Source of the DNA: Endomicrobiia bacterium | GTDB taxonomy: Bacteria; Elusimicrobiota; Endomicrobiia; DTEH01 | Reading direction: 5' to 3' | NCBI GenBank assembly: GCA_039630545.1 | Contig: JBCNUU010000001.1 | Span: 32,001 to 96,000, forward strand | Length of the DNA: 64,000 bases | Part shown: one piece after another, positions 19,830 to 29,386 of the stretch | Layout: every line of letters begins with the position of its first letter | Position numbering within the stretch: the first letter of the stretch is position 1 | Program-made: the position numbers and the translations under genes | The notes under the pieces: model-generated | Told to the model about the DNA's origin: nothing | Databases searched by the model: none | The model's input: the letters and a program-made list of their open reading frames with translations, nothing else

Positions 19830-21229
19830 AAGTTAAAATAATGTTTTTTTTGGTATTACTTTTTTTATCTTTAATAGCATTGGTAAATATAACATCTTTC
19901 TACGAATGGTATAAACATAAGCCCTTAGATATAATAATTGATGTAGATTATTTTTTTGAAAATGGAGTTTGTTTAGATAGACTTGTTGAATTTCTCAAAA
20001 AATTAAATATAGAAAAAATTGCTTTAGATGTCCAAAAAGTAGAAAATTTCCATAAAGAAACTGGTTTTTTTTTAATATTAAAATTTTCAAATAAAAAAAG
20101 ATATGAAAAAAAGTTTGTTTTTGATGTTCTTAATAATTATAGAGAAAGAATTTTTTCAATACTCTACTTAAATGAAGCACCAAGAAATTTTAGAAAAATT
20201 AAATATCCTTATAAAGAGATTTGCGAATTGTTTGATAAGAATTTAGTAAAACTTAATTTTGAAAATCCTTTATATTTTGATATCTTTTCTTTGTGTGAAG
20301 GGGATTTTGCTTTAAGAAGTTTTCTGTGTGATTTATCTATATATGAAGAGATTTCACTTATAAACCTAAAGATTAAAAAAGCAATCAAAGAAAGAAACTG
20401 TAGCATTATTTATATTCTTCCATCTGAATTTGCTGCTCCAGAAGAAAACTTAAAGATCATAGAAGAAATAGTTCAAAATATAAAAAATAATTATCGTTTT
20501 TCTTCAAATTTATCTAAATATTCTTCAGTAAACTTAGGTTTTAATAATGTTTTAGGGTTTTTTTTAGGGGTAGTGGTTCCCTTGCTGATATATAAAAAAG
20601 CGATAACCGAAATAGATGGCGTTAAACTTTTATATTTTAAAATTAACTTTCTTGTTCTGCTTACAGGAATATTAATTTGGGGTCTAATTCAGAATTACAA
20701 TTATATATCTTTAGAAGAAAAAATAAGTGGAATAAAAATTATGTTTGTTTTACCACTAATATTGGTGTGTTTTGTAGTTTTAAATAAAAAGGAACTAATT
20801 GCACTGCTTAGTTATCAGATTACAACAAAAGATTTTTTGTTTATTCTTTTATTTATTTTGTTTTTATTTTATTTGATATTAAGAACAGGTAATGTACCTG
20901 AAAGTTTTGTGTTATCTTTTGAAATAAAAATAAGACATCTAATAGAAAAAGCTATTTTGTTTAGACCAAGATTTAAAGAAATTTTTTTTACACATCCACT
21001 TTTGTTTTTAGCAATAAAATTAAATAAAGAAACTAAGAGTTTAAAAAATAAAATATTATTTTGTTTGAGTATATTATCTTCATCTTCTATAGTTAATACA
21101 TTTTTGCATGTGCACACACCTTTACATATTTGTATTTTAAGAACCATAACAGGTACGGTGGTAGGATTATTCTTTGGTTATATTTATTTTTTGATATATA
21201 GAGCCTTTAAAAAACTCAACTTTACTTAA
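19826..21229 (+). CDS. DUF5693-like membrane protein
   Basis: C-terminal R.GN...E...R...E.....RPRFKE...HP...SIVNTFLHVHTP pattern; directly upstream of csaB. Confidence 0.75.
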   Translation: MKVKIMFFLVLLFLSLIALVNITSFYEWYKHKPLDIIIDVDYFFENGVCLDRLVEFLKKLNIEKIALDVQKVENFHKETGFFLILKFSNKKRYEKKFVFDVLNNYRERIFSILYLNEAPRNFRKIKYPYKEICELFDKNLVKLNFENPLYFDIFSLCEGDFALRSFLCDLSIYEEISLINLKIKKAIKERNCSIIYILPSEFAAPEENLKIIEEIVQNIKNNYRFSSNLSKYSSVNLGFNNVLGFFLGVVVPLLIYKKAITEIDGVKLLYFKINFLVLLTGILIWGLIQNYNYISLEEKISGIKIMFVLPLILVCFVVLNKKELIALLSYQITTKDFLFILLFILFLFYLILRTGNVPESFVLSFEIKIRHLIEKAILFRPRFKEIFFTHPLLFLAIKLNKETKSLKNKILFCLSILSSSSIVNTFLHVHTPLHICILRTITGTVVGLFFGYIYFLIYRAFKKLNFT

Positions 21230-22236
21230 TGAAAAAAATATTAATAGTAGGATATTTTGGTTTTGAGAATTTTGGAGACGAATGGTTATTGAAAAATCTG
21301 ACAGAGTTAATAAAGAAAACTTCTCTGAATAAGAAAAAAATTTATGTTCTTTATAATCTTAAAAGACATATAAAAATAAACGATGTACATTATATCCCAC
21401 GATGGAACCCTTTTTTGGTTTTAGAAACACTCATTAAAATTAATACTATAATTTATTGTGGAGGACTATTTCAGGATTATACGAGTTTATGGAGTTTTTT
21501 TTATTATTTGTTTATATTCTTATGTTCCAAGTTGTTTTTAAAGAAAATACTTCTTTTAAATACAGAATTTTCTTTTAAAAGAATACCATCTGTTTTTATT
21601 TACTTATTATGTGCTATCTCCGACATTGTAGTTTTTAGAAACAAAATAGAATTAAATAAAATAAAAAAGTATTTTAAATCCTCAAATAAGATATTGTTCA
21701 GTCCAGACATATGTTATTTTGAATCCGAAAATATAGATGTTATTGATGTTTTCAAAAAAGAATATAGTAAAATATGTTTAATACTTAAATCAGAACCAAA
21801 AGAATTAGAATTTCTTAAAAAATTTTGTAAGGAATTATCTAGAGAGAATAGATTAGTATTTTTCCCTCTGCATTTGAAACAGGACTATAAATTTTCTTTA
21901 GAAATAGCAAAAGGAATTAAAAATTGTGAAATAAGAATTTGGGATAAGGTAGAAAATTACAAAAACATTCTCGAAGATATAGACTTAATTATTACTTCAA
22001 GATTACATGGAATTATAATTAGTGATAGTTTAAAAATACCTTTTATATGTATTTCAACGCAAAATAAAATAAAAAATTTAATGTTGAGTATATATAATAA
22101 GGACTGCGTAGATATAGAAAATATTAATTTTGAAAAACTTAACGATTTAATAGTTGATCCCCTTAGATGTAATTTTAATTTTAAAAATGAAATAAATAAC
22201 ATGTTTAAATATCTAAGTAATTTAAATTATTTCTAA
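21229..22236 (+). CDS. csaB: Polysaccharide pyruvyl transferase, CsaB-like
   Basis: GYFGFENFGDE, GGLFQDYTS..S..YY and SRLHG motifs. Confidence 0.85.
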   Translation: MKKILIVGYFGFENFGDEWLLKNLTELIKKTSLNKKKIYVLYNLKRHIKINDVHYIPRWNPFLVLETLIKINTIIYCGGLFQDYTSLWSFFYYLFIFLCSKLFLKKILLLNTEFSFKRIPSVFIYLLCAISDIVVFRNKIELNKIKKYFKSSNKILFSPDICYFESENIDVIDVFKKEYSKICLILKSEPKELEFLKKFCKELSRENRLVFFPLHLKQDYKFSLEIAKGIKNCEIRIWDKVENYKNILEDIDLIITSRLHGIIISDSLKIPFICISTQNKIKNLMLSIYNKDCVDIENINFEKLNDLIVDPLRCNFNFKNEINNMFKYLSNLNYF

Positions 22237-22248
22237 CCGGGAGGAGAT

Positions 22249-22992
22249 ATGGAATTTTTAGAGAAAATAAATAAGTTTATAATTAATTTAATTATTTTGA
22301 TTTTGTTTTTTGGTATGTATGATGTTTATCTCTTAAGTAATTGGTTAGAAAAAAGATTGTTGGACAGATTTATAGTAGCTTTTACTCTTAAAGATGATAC
22401 GAATAAAGAGAAAATTATTGAAAGTATAAAGAGTATGTGCAACTTGTTAAAGATAAAAAAAATAACTTATCTGGATAAAAATCAGATATATGAGGAAGTA
22501 AAAGGTAATCCAGAAATAAAAACATTACTTAGTGTAATCATGGACAATCCATTTTCTGATACAATAAAAATAGAATTTTCAAATTATTTTGATGAAGAAG
22601 TTGAAAAAATTTTAAAATTAGATATGATATTTCCGAATGTTAAAGAAATAATTTACGATTATAATTTAAAAAGTTACTTAAAAAGATTTAAAAAAATTAA
22701 ATTATTATTTGAAAAAATAGCGATTTTATCAGGATTATTTTTAGGAATATTTGTGGTTTTTAATTTAGCTAGCAAAGGTAGTTATAAAATTTCTTTTAGT
22801 TTTGTCTTGTTTTGGAGTTTTATATATTTTGTTATGTTTTTTTTGAATATGAGATTTTTTAACAATTTTATCTCTTATGATTTAATTAAGTTAGACGATA
22901 TAAATATAATATTTCATGTTTGCCTATATGTTTTCTTTTTGAATTTATCTATTGAAAAAGAAGAAAAAACTTTTTTGCAGGAGATGAATTAA
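22249..22992 (+). CDS. Divergent FtsX-like membrane protein
   Basis: TM, periplasmic domain with DNPFSD (FtsX NPLP-like), three more hydrophobic segments; upstream of the envC-like gene. Confidence 0.6.
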   Translation: MEFLEKINKFIINLIILILFFGMYDVYLLSNWLEKRLLDRFIVAFTLKDDTNKEKIIESIKSMCNLLKIKKITYLDKNQIYEEVKGNPEIKTLLSVIMDNPFSDTIKIEFSNYFDEEVEKILKLDMIFPNVKEIIYDYNLKSYLKRFKKIKLLFEKIAILSGLFLGIFVVFNLASKGSYKISFSFVLFWSFIYFVMFFLNMRFFNNFISYDLIKLDDINIIFHVCLYVFFLNLSIEKEEKTFLQEMN

Positions 22993-22996
22993 ATTT

Positions 22997-24130
22997 ATGT
23001 TTTTATTTTTTAAAAAGTTTCTGATAGCATTTTTACTTTTTCTTTTTAATTTAAATTTTTTTGCTTCAGAGAAAATATCTCAAACACAACAAAAATTAAA
23101 TCATACAAAAGATATAATAAAACAGAAAAAAAAAGAAAAACAAATTTATATAGATAAGCAAAAAGAAATACAAGAAGATTTAAAAAAAATTGAACAAGAA
23201 ATTGAAAGCATAAACCATGAGAAAAAAGACATCGAGAAAAAAATCCATCAAACAAAAATAACAATATCGGCTTTAGAAACTAATCTTAAGCTGCTTGCAT
23301 CTGATGTTGATTTTTATTCTATGATATTAACTGCAGAGATAAAAAATTATATAGAAAGATATTATCTTATAAGAAAATTTTTTGAAGATAACTTTGATAG
23401 AAGACTAAAAAAAGACATATTTAAAGGATTTGTTAAACAAATAATAAAAATAAAAGAAACTTTGAATTACACTGAAGATTTAAAAAGGGAATATGAAAAA
23501 GAGAAAGAAAAATTAAATTTTCTAAATTATAAACTGGATGAGAAAAAAAGACAGCAGTTATCTTTATATAAGAAAAAAGGCGAGCTGCTTATGGAACTAA
23601 CAGCAAAACAAAAACAATTAGATAAAGAAATTGCAGAATTAAATAAGACTCAAAAAGAATTGGAAGTACTTTTAAAAAAGTTGTATAAAGAAGAAAAAGA
23701 AAGAAAAGCCAAATTACAAAAAATTCAAGTTCCAGAAAGAAAAATTGTCAGAATTGAAAAGAAGTTTATGAAACCGTTAGAAGGTGCCGTGATATGTAAA
23801 TTTGGTAAAACACAACTTGAAAAAGATGGTTATTGTGTTTTAAGAAACGGAATAATAATTCAAGGTATGTCAAACAGCGATGTGTTATGTGTTGATGATG
23901 GAAAAGTTTTGTTTATTTCAAATAATTTTAGAAGCTATGGTAAGATAGTAATAGTTGAACATAAAGATGAAATTCACACTGTTTATGGAAATCTTGGAAA
24001 GATACTGGTTTCAGAAGGGAACACAATAAGAAAATCAGCTCCTGTGGGTAAGACAGATAGTTCAGGACAGTTATATTTTGAGATTAGAAAAAATCTAATA
24101 CCTGTAGATCCAGAATTGTATTTGGAATAA
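22997..24130 (+). CDS. envC: EnvC-like murein hydrolase activator (coiled coil plus degenerate M23)
   Basis: Signal peptide, long coiled coil, YGK.VIVEH...YGNL...LYFEIR...DP domain lacking the Zn ligands. Confidence 0.85.
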   Translation: MFLFFKKFLIAFLLFLFNLNFFASEKISQTQQKLNHTKDIIKQKKKEKQIYIDKQKEIQEDLKKIEQEIESINHEKKDIEKKIHQTKITISALETNLKLLASDVDFYSMILTAEIKNYIERYYLIRKFFEDNFDRRLKKDIFKGFVKQIIKIKETLNYTEDLKREYEKEKEKLNFLNYKLDEKKRQQLSLYKKKGELLMELTAKQKQLDKEIAELNKTQKELEVLLKKLYKEEKERKAKLQKIQVPERKIVRIEKKFMKPLEGAVICKFGKTQLEKDGYCVLRNGIIIQGMSNSDVLCVDDGKVLFISNNFRSYGKIVIVEHKDEIHTVYGNLGKILVSEGNTIRKSAPVGKTDSSGQLYFEIRKNLIPVDPELYLE

Positions 24131-24142
24131 AATCAAACTATT

Positions 24143-26893
24143 ATGAAACTTTTGATACTTTTATCTGGAGTTATTTTTATTTTAATAACACCTTTACATT
24201 GTTTTAAAACAGAAATTCTGAAATATAAAGTTTATAAAACAGATAATTTTGATATTTATTACCCACATGAAAGCCTTAATAGAATTATGCCAGAATTGGA
24301 GAATCTACTGGAGAAAATATTTATAGAAAATGAAGAATATTTTGAAATAAAATTTGACTACAAGATTCCATTTTTTATTTATTATGGATATCAACAATTT
24401 CTACAGAATACAATTGTAAATGTTACAGAATATACTGGAGGTGTTACAGAAGCCTTTAAAAATAGATTTTTAGTTCCTTATACTGGCAGCAAAAAATTTC
24501 TTCAACATGTAATAAATCATGAATTTATTCATGAGGTAGAATATAATGTGTTGTATTCTGGTATGTGGAGGACTCCTCTTATTCTTAAATCAATATTTTA
24601 TCCTAACTGGTTGATGGAGGGTCTTGCTGAATATAGATCAGCTTTGTTTACTAAGACATTACAAGAGATGATAGTAAGGGATATGGCGGTATCAAAAAAA
24701 CTTATTTCTCTTGAACATTTACATAACTTTTCTCATCTTAAACCTCATATGGTGCTGCCGGCTTATGAAGAGTCAGCAAAACTTATGGAGTTTATAGAAA
24801 AAGAATATGGAAGAAAAAAATTGATAAATTTACTGAAAGTTTACAGAGAGAAATTTGAAGCAAACAGCGTTTTAAACATTGTATTAGGTATAAACTTAAA
24901 GCGTCTTCAGCAGATATTTTTTGAAGAGATGTATACTCACTATGAATATGAAATTAAAAAAAAATCAATGGTTGACCTCGATAGTTCAAAAAAAATTTCC
25001 TCGGATAGCATTTATCCAGTTCATTACTATTTACCTGTGATATTTGAGAATAAAATTATTTATCTAGGTGATCCTGATGGAAAAGTAATGTTTTATGTAA
25101 ATTCTAATAATAAACAATCATTGTTAATTCCCAAAAGAGTAATAGAAAAAGAAGTGGATATAATTGAAACAGATTACACTCGGATATCTGTTTCTAAAGA
25201 TGGGTTGTTGTGTTTTGTAGGTATTAAAAACAATAAAAGTTATGTTTATCTTTACAATTTAAAAAGTAAAAAATTAAAAAAAATTGCTATAAAAGAACTT
25301 GATTTGATAATCAGTAGTTACATCACTTATGAAGGAGACAAAGTTTATATAGCTGGAATAAAAAATTGTGAAAACTTAATATGTAGATATGACTTAAAAA
25401 ATAAAACTGTTGAAATTTTAAAAAAAGATGATAACTTTATATCACAAATATCTGTTTCTAAAGATGCTAAAAAAATTCTTTATACAAAAGAACAACAATG
25501 TATTAAAAAGGAATATATCACATGGCAAAATGATATTTTTATGTATGATCTAGAAAGTTTTGAAGAAACAAGATTAACGCATACCTTATCTGACGAAAAT
25601 TTTGCTATTTATTTGGATGATAAAAAAATTCTTCTTATAAGTGATAATGATGAAGAATATGAAAAAAATTTTTACGGTGTAAAAAATTTATATCTGTTAT
25701 CATTAGATGAACCTACAAATTTTAAAAAAATAACAAATGTAATAGGTGGAATTATGGATTTCTCTGTTTCTTCTGATGACATAGTTTTGACTTATTATAG
25801 AAATTTCAATAGAACAATCTATAAATATTCATTAGAGGAGTTAACCGCACCGGATAAGCCAACTTTTACCCAGAAATCAGTTGGAGATTACATTTTCTCT
25901 AAAAAAGAACTCTCAGTTAGAAGATCAGTCCCATATAAGTTTTATTTTTCTACAGATTTATTTTTACCTTTTATTTACTATTCTTCTTATGAAGGATTAG
26001 TTATGTTGTTATACTGGCAGGGTTCAGATATGGTGGGTGAGCACAATGTTGCAGTTAGTTCTATAATGTTGGGTGAGAAAAATTATTCCTTTAATTTTGA
26101 TTATAGATTTTTAAAATTTCGTCCTGCATTTATCTTAAATGCTACAACTGAAAGTGCTTATAACTACTATAAGTCATCACTGGAAAAATACACATCTTTG
26201 ATTTCTGGTATATCTTATCCTGTAAATAAACATTCATATTTAGACTTTCTGATGGGATATATTTATTTTTCTTCTTTATATGAAAAAGAAAACACAGAAG
26301 AAGTTAAAAAAGAAAATGTTATATACATAGAATATTCACAGAACACCCTCATTGGTAAGTTTATAGAACCTTTAAGTGGTGAATATTTATCTTTATCTTT
26401 TCAGACTTCACACAAATTTATAGATAGCAATTATTTATACCAGATTTATAGAGGTTATTTTTTAAAATATTTTCATTTGGGAAAAGAACATAGGTTATTT
26501 GCTATTCTCCAATTTATAATAAGTACAGGTAGAGATAAAATAAGTTTTGATTTAGGAGGTCATGAGAGAATAAGTGGTATATGGTATGGAGAGAAAAAAT
26601 CTGAAGAGTTATATTTATCCAGAATAGGTTGGAGATTTCCTATAATTTATGATATAAATTATTATATGTGGTATCTTTTTCCAGATTTGTTTTTTAAAGG
26701 ATTATATGGTGAGATTTTTATAGATTCAGGTTGTGATAGAGAGTTGAAATTTTATAATTCTTTTGGTATAAAATTTAATCTTTATAGTTTTGTGATACAA
26801 AGCTATTTATTAAAATTTGAGTTAATATTTGCTTCCCAGCTTCAACAAAGAAGTCCCATACATACATATTTTTTTATTTCTGGAGGATTTTAA
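24143..26893 (+). CDS. Exported peptidase MA-like + beta-propeller + Omp85-like barrel protein
   Basis: HEFIH and WLMEGLAEY; ISVSKD propeller repeats; F.LGG..RISG Omp85 lid-like motif; terminal Phe. Confidence 0.75.
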   Translation: MKLLILLSGVIFILITPLHCFKTEILKYKVYKTDNFDIYYPHESLNRIMPELENLLEKIFIENEEYFEIKFDYKIPFFIYYGYQQFLQNTIVNVTEYTGGVTEAFKNRFLVPYTGSKKFLQHVINHEFIHEVEYNVLYSGMWRTPLILKSIFYPNWLMEGLAEYRSALFTKTLQEMIVRDMAVSKKLISLEHLHNFSHLKPHMVLPAYEESAKLMEFIEKEYGRKKLINLLKVYREKFEANSVLNIVLGINLKRLQQIFFEEMYTHYEYEIKKKSMVDLDSSKKISSDSIYPVHYYLPVIFENKIIYLGDPDGKVMFYVNSNNKQSLLIPKRVIEKEVDIIETDYTRISVSKDGLLCFVGIKNNKSYVYLYNLKSKKLKKIAIKELDLIISSYITYEGDKVYIAGIKNCENLICRYDLKNKTVEILKKDDNFISQISVSKDAKKILYTKEQQCIKKEYITWQNDIFMYDLESFEETRLTHTLSDENFAIYLDDKKILLISDNDEEYEKNFYGVKNLYLLSLDEPTNFKKITNVIGGIMDFSVSSDDIVLTYYRNFNRTIYKYSLEELTAPDKPTFTQKSVGDYIFSKKELSVRRSVPYKFYFSTDLFLPFIYYSSYEGLVMLLYWQGSDMVGEHNVAVSSIMLGEKNYSFNFDYRFLKFRPAFILNATTESAYNYYKSSLEKYTSLISGISYPVNKHSYLDFLMGYIYFSSLYEKENTEEVKKENVIYIEYSQNTLIGKFIEPLSGEYLSLSFQTSHKFIDSNYLYQIYRGYFLKYFHLGKEHRLFAILQFIISTGRDKISFDLGGHERISGIWYGEKKSEELYLSRIGWRFPIIYDINYYMWYLFPDLFFKGLYGEIFIDSGCDRELKFYNSFGIKFNLYSFVIQSYLLKFELIFASQLQQRSPIHTYFFISGGF

Positions 26894-26906
26894 ATTTTTT
26901 TATATA

Positions 26907-27905
26907 ATGGAAAAAATAATTGAAAAAATTATAGAAAAGCTTAAAAATAGAAAACTTCCTTTTTTTGTTTTGGGTTTGAGTATATTTTTATTTTTTTTAA
27001 TATTTAGTATAGCTTTTTATTATTTTATAGGTATGATTGTTCACTCAAAAAAAGAGGTTAAAGTTCCAGATATTACAGGAAAACCACTTCTGGAAGCGTT
27101 GGATATAGTTTCTAATGTAGGCCTTGGTTTAAAAAAAATAGGAGAAGTTTATAATCCTGATTACCCGGCAGCTACTGTGGTAGTGCAGCAACCCAGAGCT
27201 GGTATGAGTGTAAGGAAAGGAAGATTTGTTAATGTTATTTTGAGTTTAGGAGGAGAAAAGGTATTTGTGCCCAATATTATTGGAGAGGAAAGAAGAAAAG
27301 CAGAGGTACTTCTTAAACAATACGGATTATTTTTAGGTACAACAACATTTAAATATTCTCTAAAATATGAAAAAAATATAGTTATGAATCAAAATCCTCT
27401 ACCTGAAAGTATAGTTGAAAAGAATTCTTCTGTAGATATAGAAGTATCTTTAGGTTTACCTCCTCCTGGTATAGTTTTAATTCCTGATTTTACAAGTAAA
27501 ACTGTTGAAAATGTATATGATTGGACAGTAAGACATAATATAGAAGTAAAAATAGAGGAAAAAATCGTTGAAGAAGGAGAAGAGGGAATTGTGTTATCAC
27601 AAAATCCACCTCCTGATACTCAGATAATAATAAATGAACCCTTAGTTTTAGAAATAACTGTTTCAAAAACACAAAAAAAATCTCTTAAAGAAACTCATAA
27701 AGAAATTTATAATTTTGAGTATGAATTGCCGTTTATTGGAGAATCTTTAAAAGTAGTAAAAATAGTTCAAATAAGTGATGAAGGAGAGCATGTTTTATAT
27801 AACAAACCGACTTCTTCTAAACAGAAAATTTCTTTATATGTACCGCCCAGAAGAAATTCTAAATTAAGAATTTTTGTCGATGGTGTTTTAATAGATGAAA
27901 AATAA
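26907..27905 (+). CDS. Membrane-anchored PASTA-domain protein (3 PASTA), no kinase domain
   Basis: TM followed by VPDITG, VPNIIG and IPDFT repeats; upstream of rpe. Confidence 0.88.
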   Translation: MEKIIEKIIEKLKNRKLPFFVLGLSIFLFFLIFSIAFYYFIGMIVHSKKEVKVPDITGKPLLEALDIVSNVGLGLKKIGEVYNPDYPAATVVVQQPRAGMSVRKGRFVNVILSLGGEKVFVPNIIGEERRKAEVLLKQYGLFLGTTTFKYSLKYEKNIVMNQNPLPESIVEKNSSVDIEVSLGLPPPGIVLIPDFTSKTVENVYDWTVRHNIEVKIEEKIVEEGEEGIVLSQNPPPDTQIIINEPLVLEITVSKTQKKSLKETHKEIYNFEYELPFIGESLKVVKIVQISDEGEHVLYNKPTSSKQKISLYVPPRRNSKLRIFVDGVLIDEK

Positions 27906-28620
27906 CTTAAGAAAAATTCTTAACCCATTACCTACTATAGCTGTTTCATTACTTGATAGCGATTTGGCAAATTTAGCAACTATAACAAGGAAGCTTCAGA
28001 AAAATAAAGTAAAAATTTTTCATTTAGACATAATGGATGGACATTTTGTGCCTAATTTGACATTTGGACCTCCTTTAATAAAGTCTTTAAGAAATCATAC
28101 TAAGGTTTTTTTTAATGTTCATTTAATGATAGAAAATCCTCAAAATTATATCTCAGATTACATTAATGCAGGAGCTGATCTTATAGTTTTTCATTATGAG
28201 AGTGTTAAAAAAAGAATTATCAGTCAAATAATAGGAGATATCAAAAAATCTAAAATTTTTTGTGGGATCGCTATCAAACCAGCTACTCCCATAAAAGTTT
28301 TATTTCCATTTTTAAATATTATAGATTTAGTTTTAATAATGACAGTAGAGCCAGGTTTTGGAGGTCAAAAAATAATAAAAAGCTGTATCTCCAAAATTAG
28401 TTTGCTAAAAAACTATAAAGAAGCTAATAACTTAGATTTCATTATTTCTTGTGATGGAGGAATAAATGAGCATAATCTAAAAGAGATACTAGATTTAGGA
28501 TGCGAAATCCCCGTGATGGGACATGCGATTTTTAGTTCTTCTGATTATGTTAAAAAAGTAAAAATTTTACAGAGATTGACAAATAGTTTAAAATTTCATA
28601 AATATACTAAAAATGAATGA
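27895..28620 (+). CDS. rpe: Ribulose-phosphate 3-epimerase
   Basis: HLDIMDGHFVPNLTFG, MTVEPGFGGQ and DGGIN motifs. Confidence 0.97.
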   Translation: MKNNLRKILNPLPTIAVSLLDSDLANLATITRKLQKNKVKIFHLDIMDGHFVPNLTFGPPLIKSLRNHTKVFFNVHLMIENPQNYISDYINAGADLIVFHYESVKKRIISQIIGDIKKSKIFCGIAIKPATPIKVLFPFLNIIDLVLIMTVEPGFGGQKIIKSCISKISLLKNYKEANNLDFIISCDGGINEHNLKEILDLGCEIPVMGHAIFSSSDYVKKVKILQRLTNSLKFHKYTKNE

Positions 28621-29386
28621 GTTATTTTTAGTGTTACAAAAATTAGTGAAACTTCAAAAGTATGATGAAGAATTAAGGCTATTAGATGAAGAAATTAATA
28701 CTATTCCTTTGGAAATAAAAAGTCAAGAAAATCTGCTCTTAGAAGAGCAGAAAACAAAAGATGAAATAAAAGAAAGAATTAAAAAAAATCAAGTAGAAAT
28801 AAAAGAAAAAGAAATAGAAATTCAATCTATAGAACAACAAATTAAAAAGCACATCCAGGAACTTAATTCCGTAAAAACAAATGAACAATATCGTGCTTTG
28901 CTTTCCGAAATAGAAAAATTAAATGCCCAAAAAGACGCAATAGAAACAGAAGTTCTGATTTTAATGGAAGAATTGGATAAAGAAAACAAAGAGTTGAAAA
29001 AAGAAGAAGAAAAATTGGATAAGATTAAGAATTTAGCAGAACAAAAAATTAAAGAATTAAAAGAGTTACAACAACAATTAAAACAGAAATTTGATTTAAA
29101 ACTTAAAGAAAGAGAAGAATTTGCTTCTACCATAGAGAAAAAATATTTGGATATATATAATAATATATCTTCAAAAAAAGAAAATGCATTATCTGCTGTA
29201 AATTTTAGTGACAATACTTGTGAAAAATGCAATATGGCTATTACTAAGCAAGAAATAAACGAGATTAAAAAATACGAAGAGTTTGTATTTTGTAGTTCTT
29301 GTTCTCGGATACTTTATATAGCTGAAGATATAAAAAATATACAACAAAATACAGAAGAAGGCATCGCTTTACCTCAGTTGAGGTAA
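28613..29386 (+). CDS. Coiled-coil C4 zinc-ribbon protein (zf-RING_7/CT398-like)
   Basis: L..LQ..D start, VKTNEQY.AL..EI, CEKC...CSSC.RILY. Confidence 0.88.
   Translation: MNELFLVLQKLVKLQKYDEELRLLDEEINTIPLEIKSQENLLLEEQKTKDEIKERIKKNQVEIKEKEIEIQSIEQQIKKHIQELNSVKTNEQYRALLSEIEKLNAQKDAIETEVLILMEELDKENKELKKEEEKLDKIKNLAEQKIKELKELQQQLKQKFDLKLKEREEFASTIEKKYLDIYNNISSKKENALSAVNFSDNTCEKCNMAITKQEINEIKKYEEFVFCSSCSRILYIAEDIKNIQQNTEEGIALPQLR

Noticed and set aside
23760..24130. Missing Zn ligands in the M23 domain as a sign of pseudogenisation
   Set aside because: A degenerate M23 domain is the normal state of EnvC.
28576..28608. TTGACA at the end of rpe as a promoter for the zinc-ribbon gene and rnpB
   Set aside because: No good -10 at 16-18 nt spacing (tatact is 21 nt away). 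Possible but unsupported.
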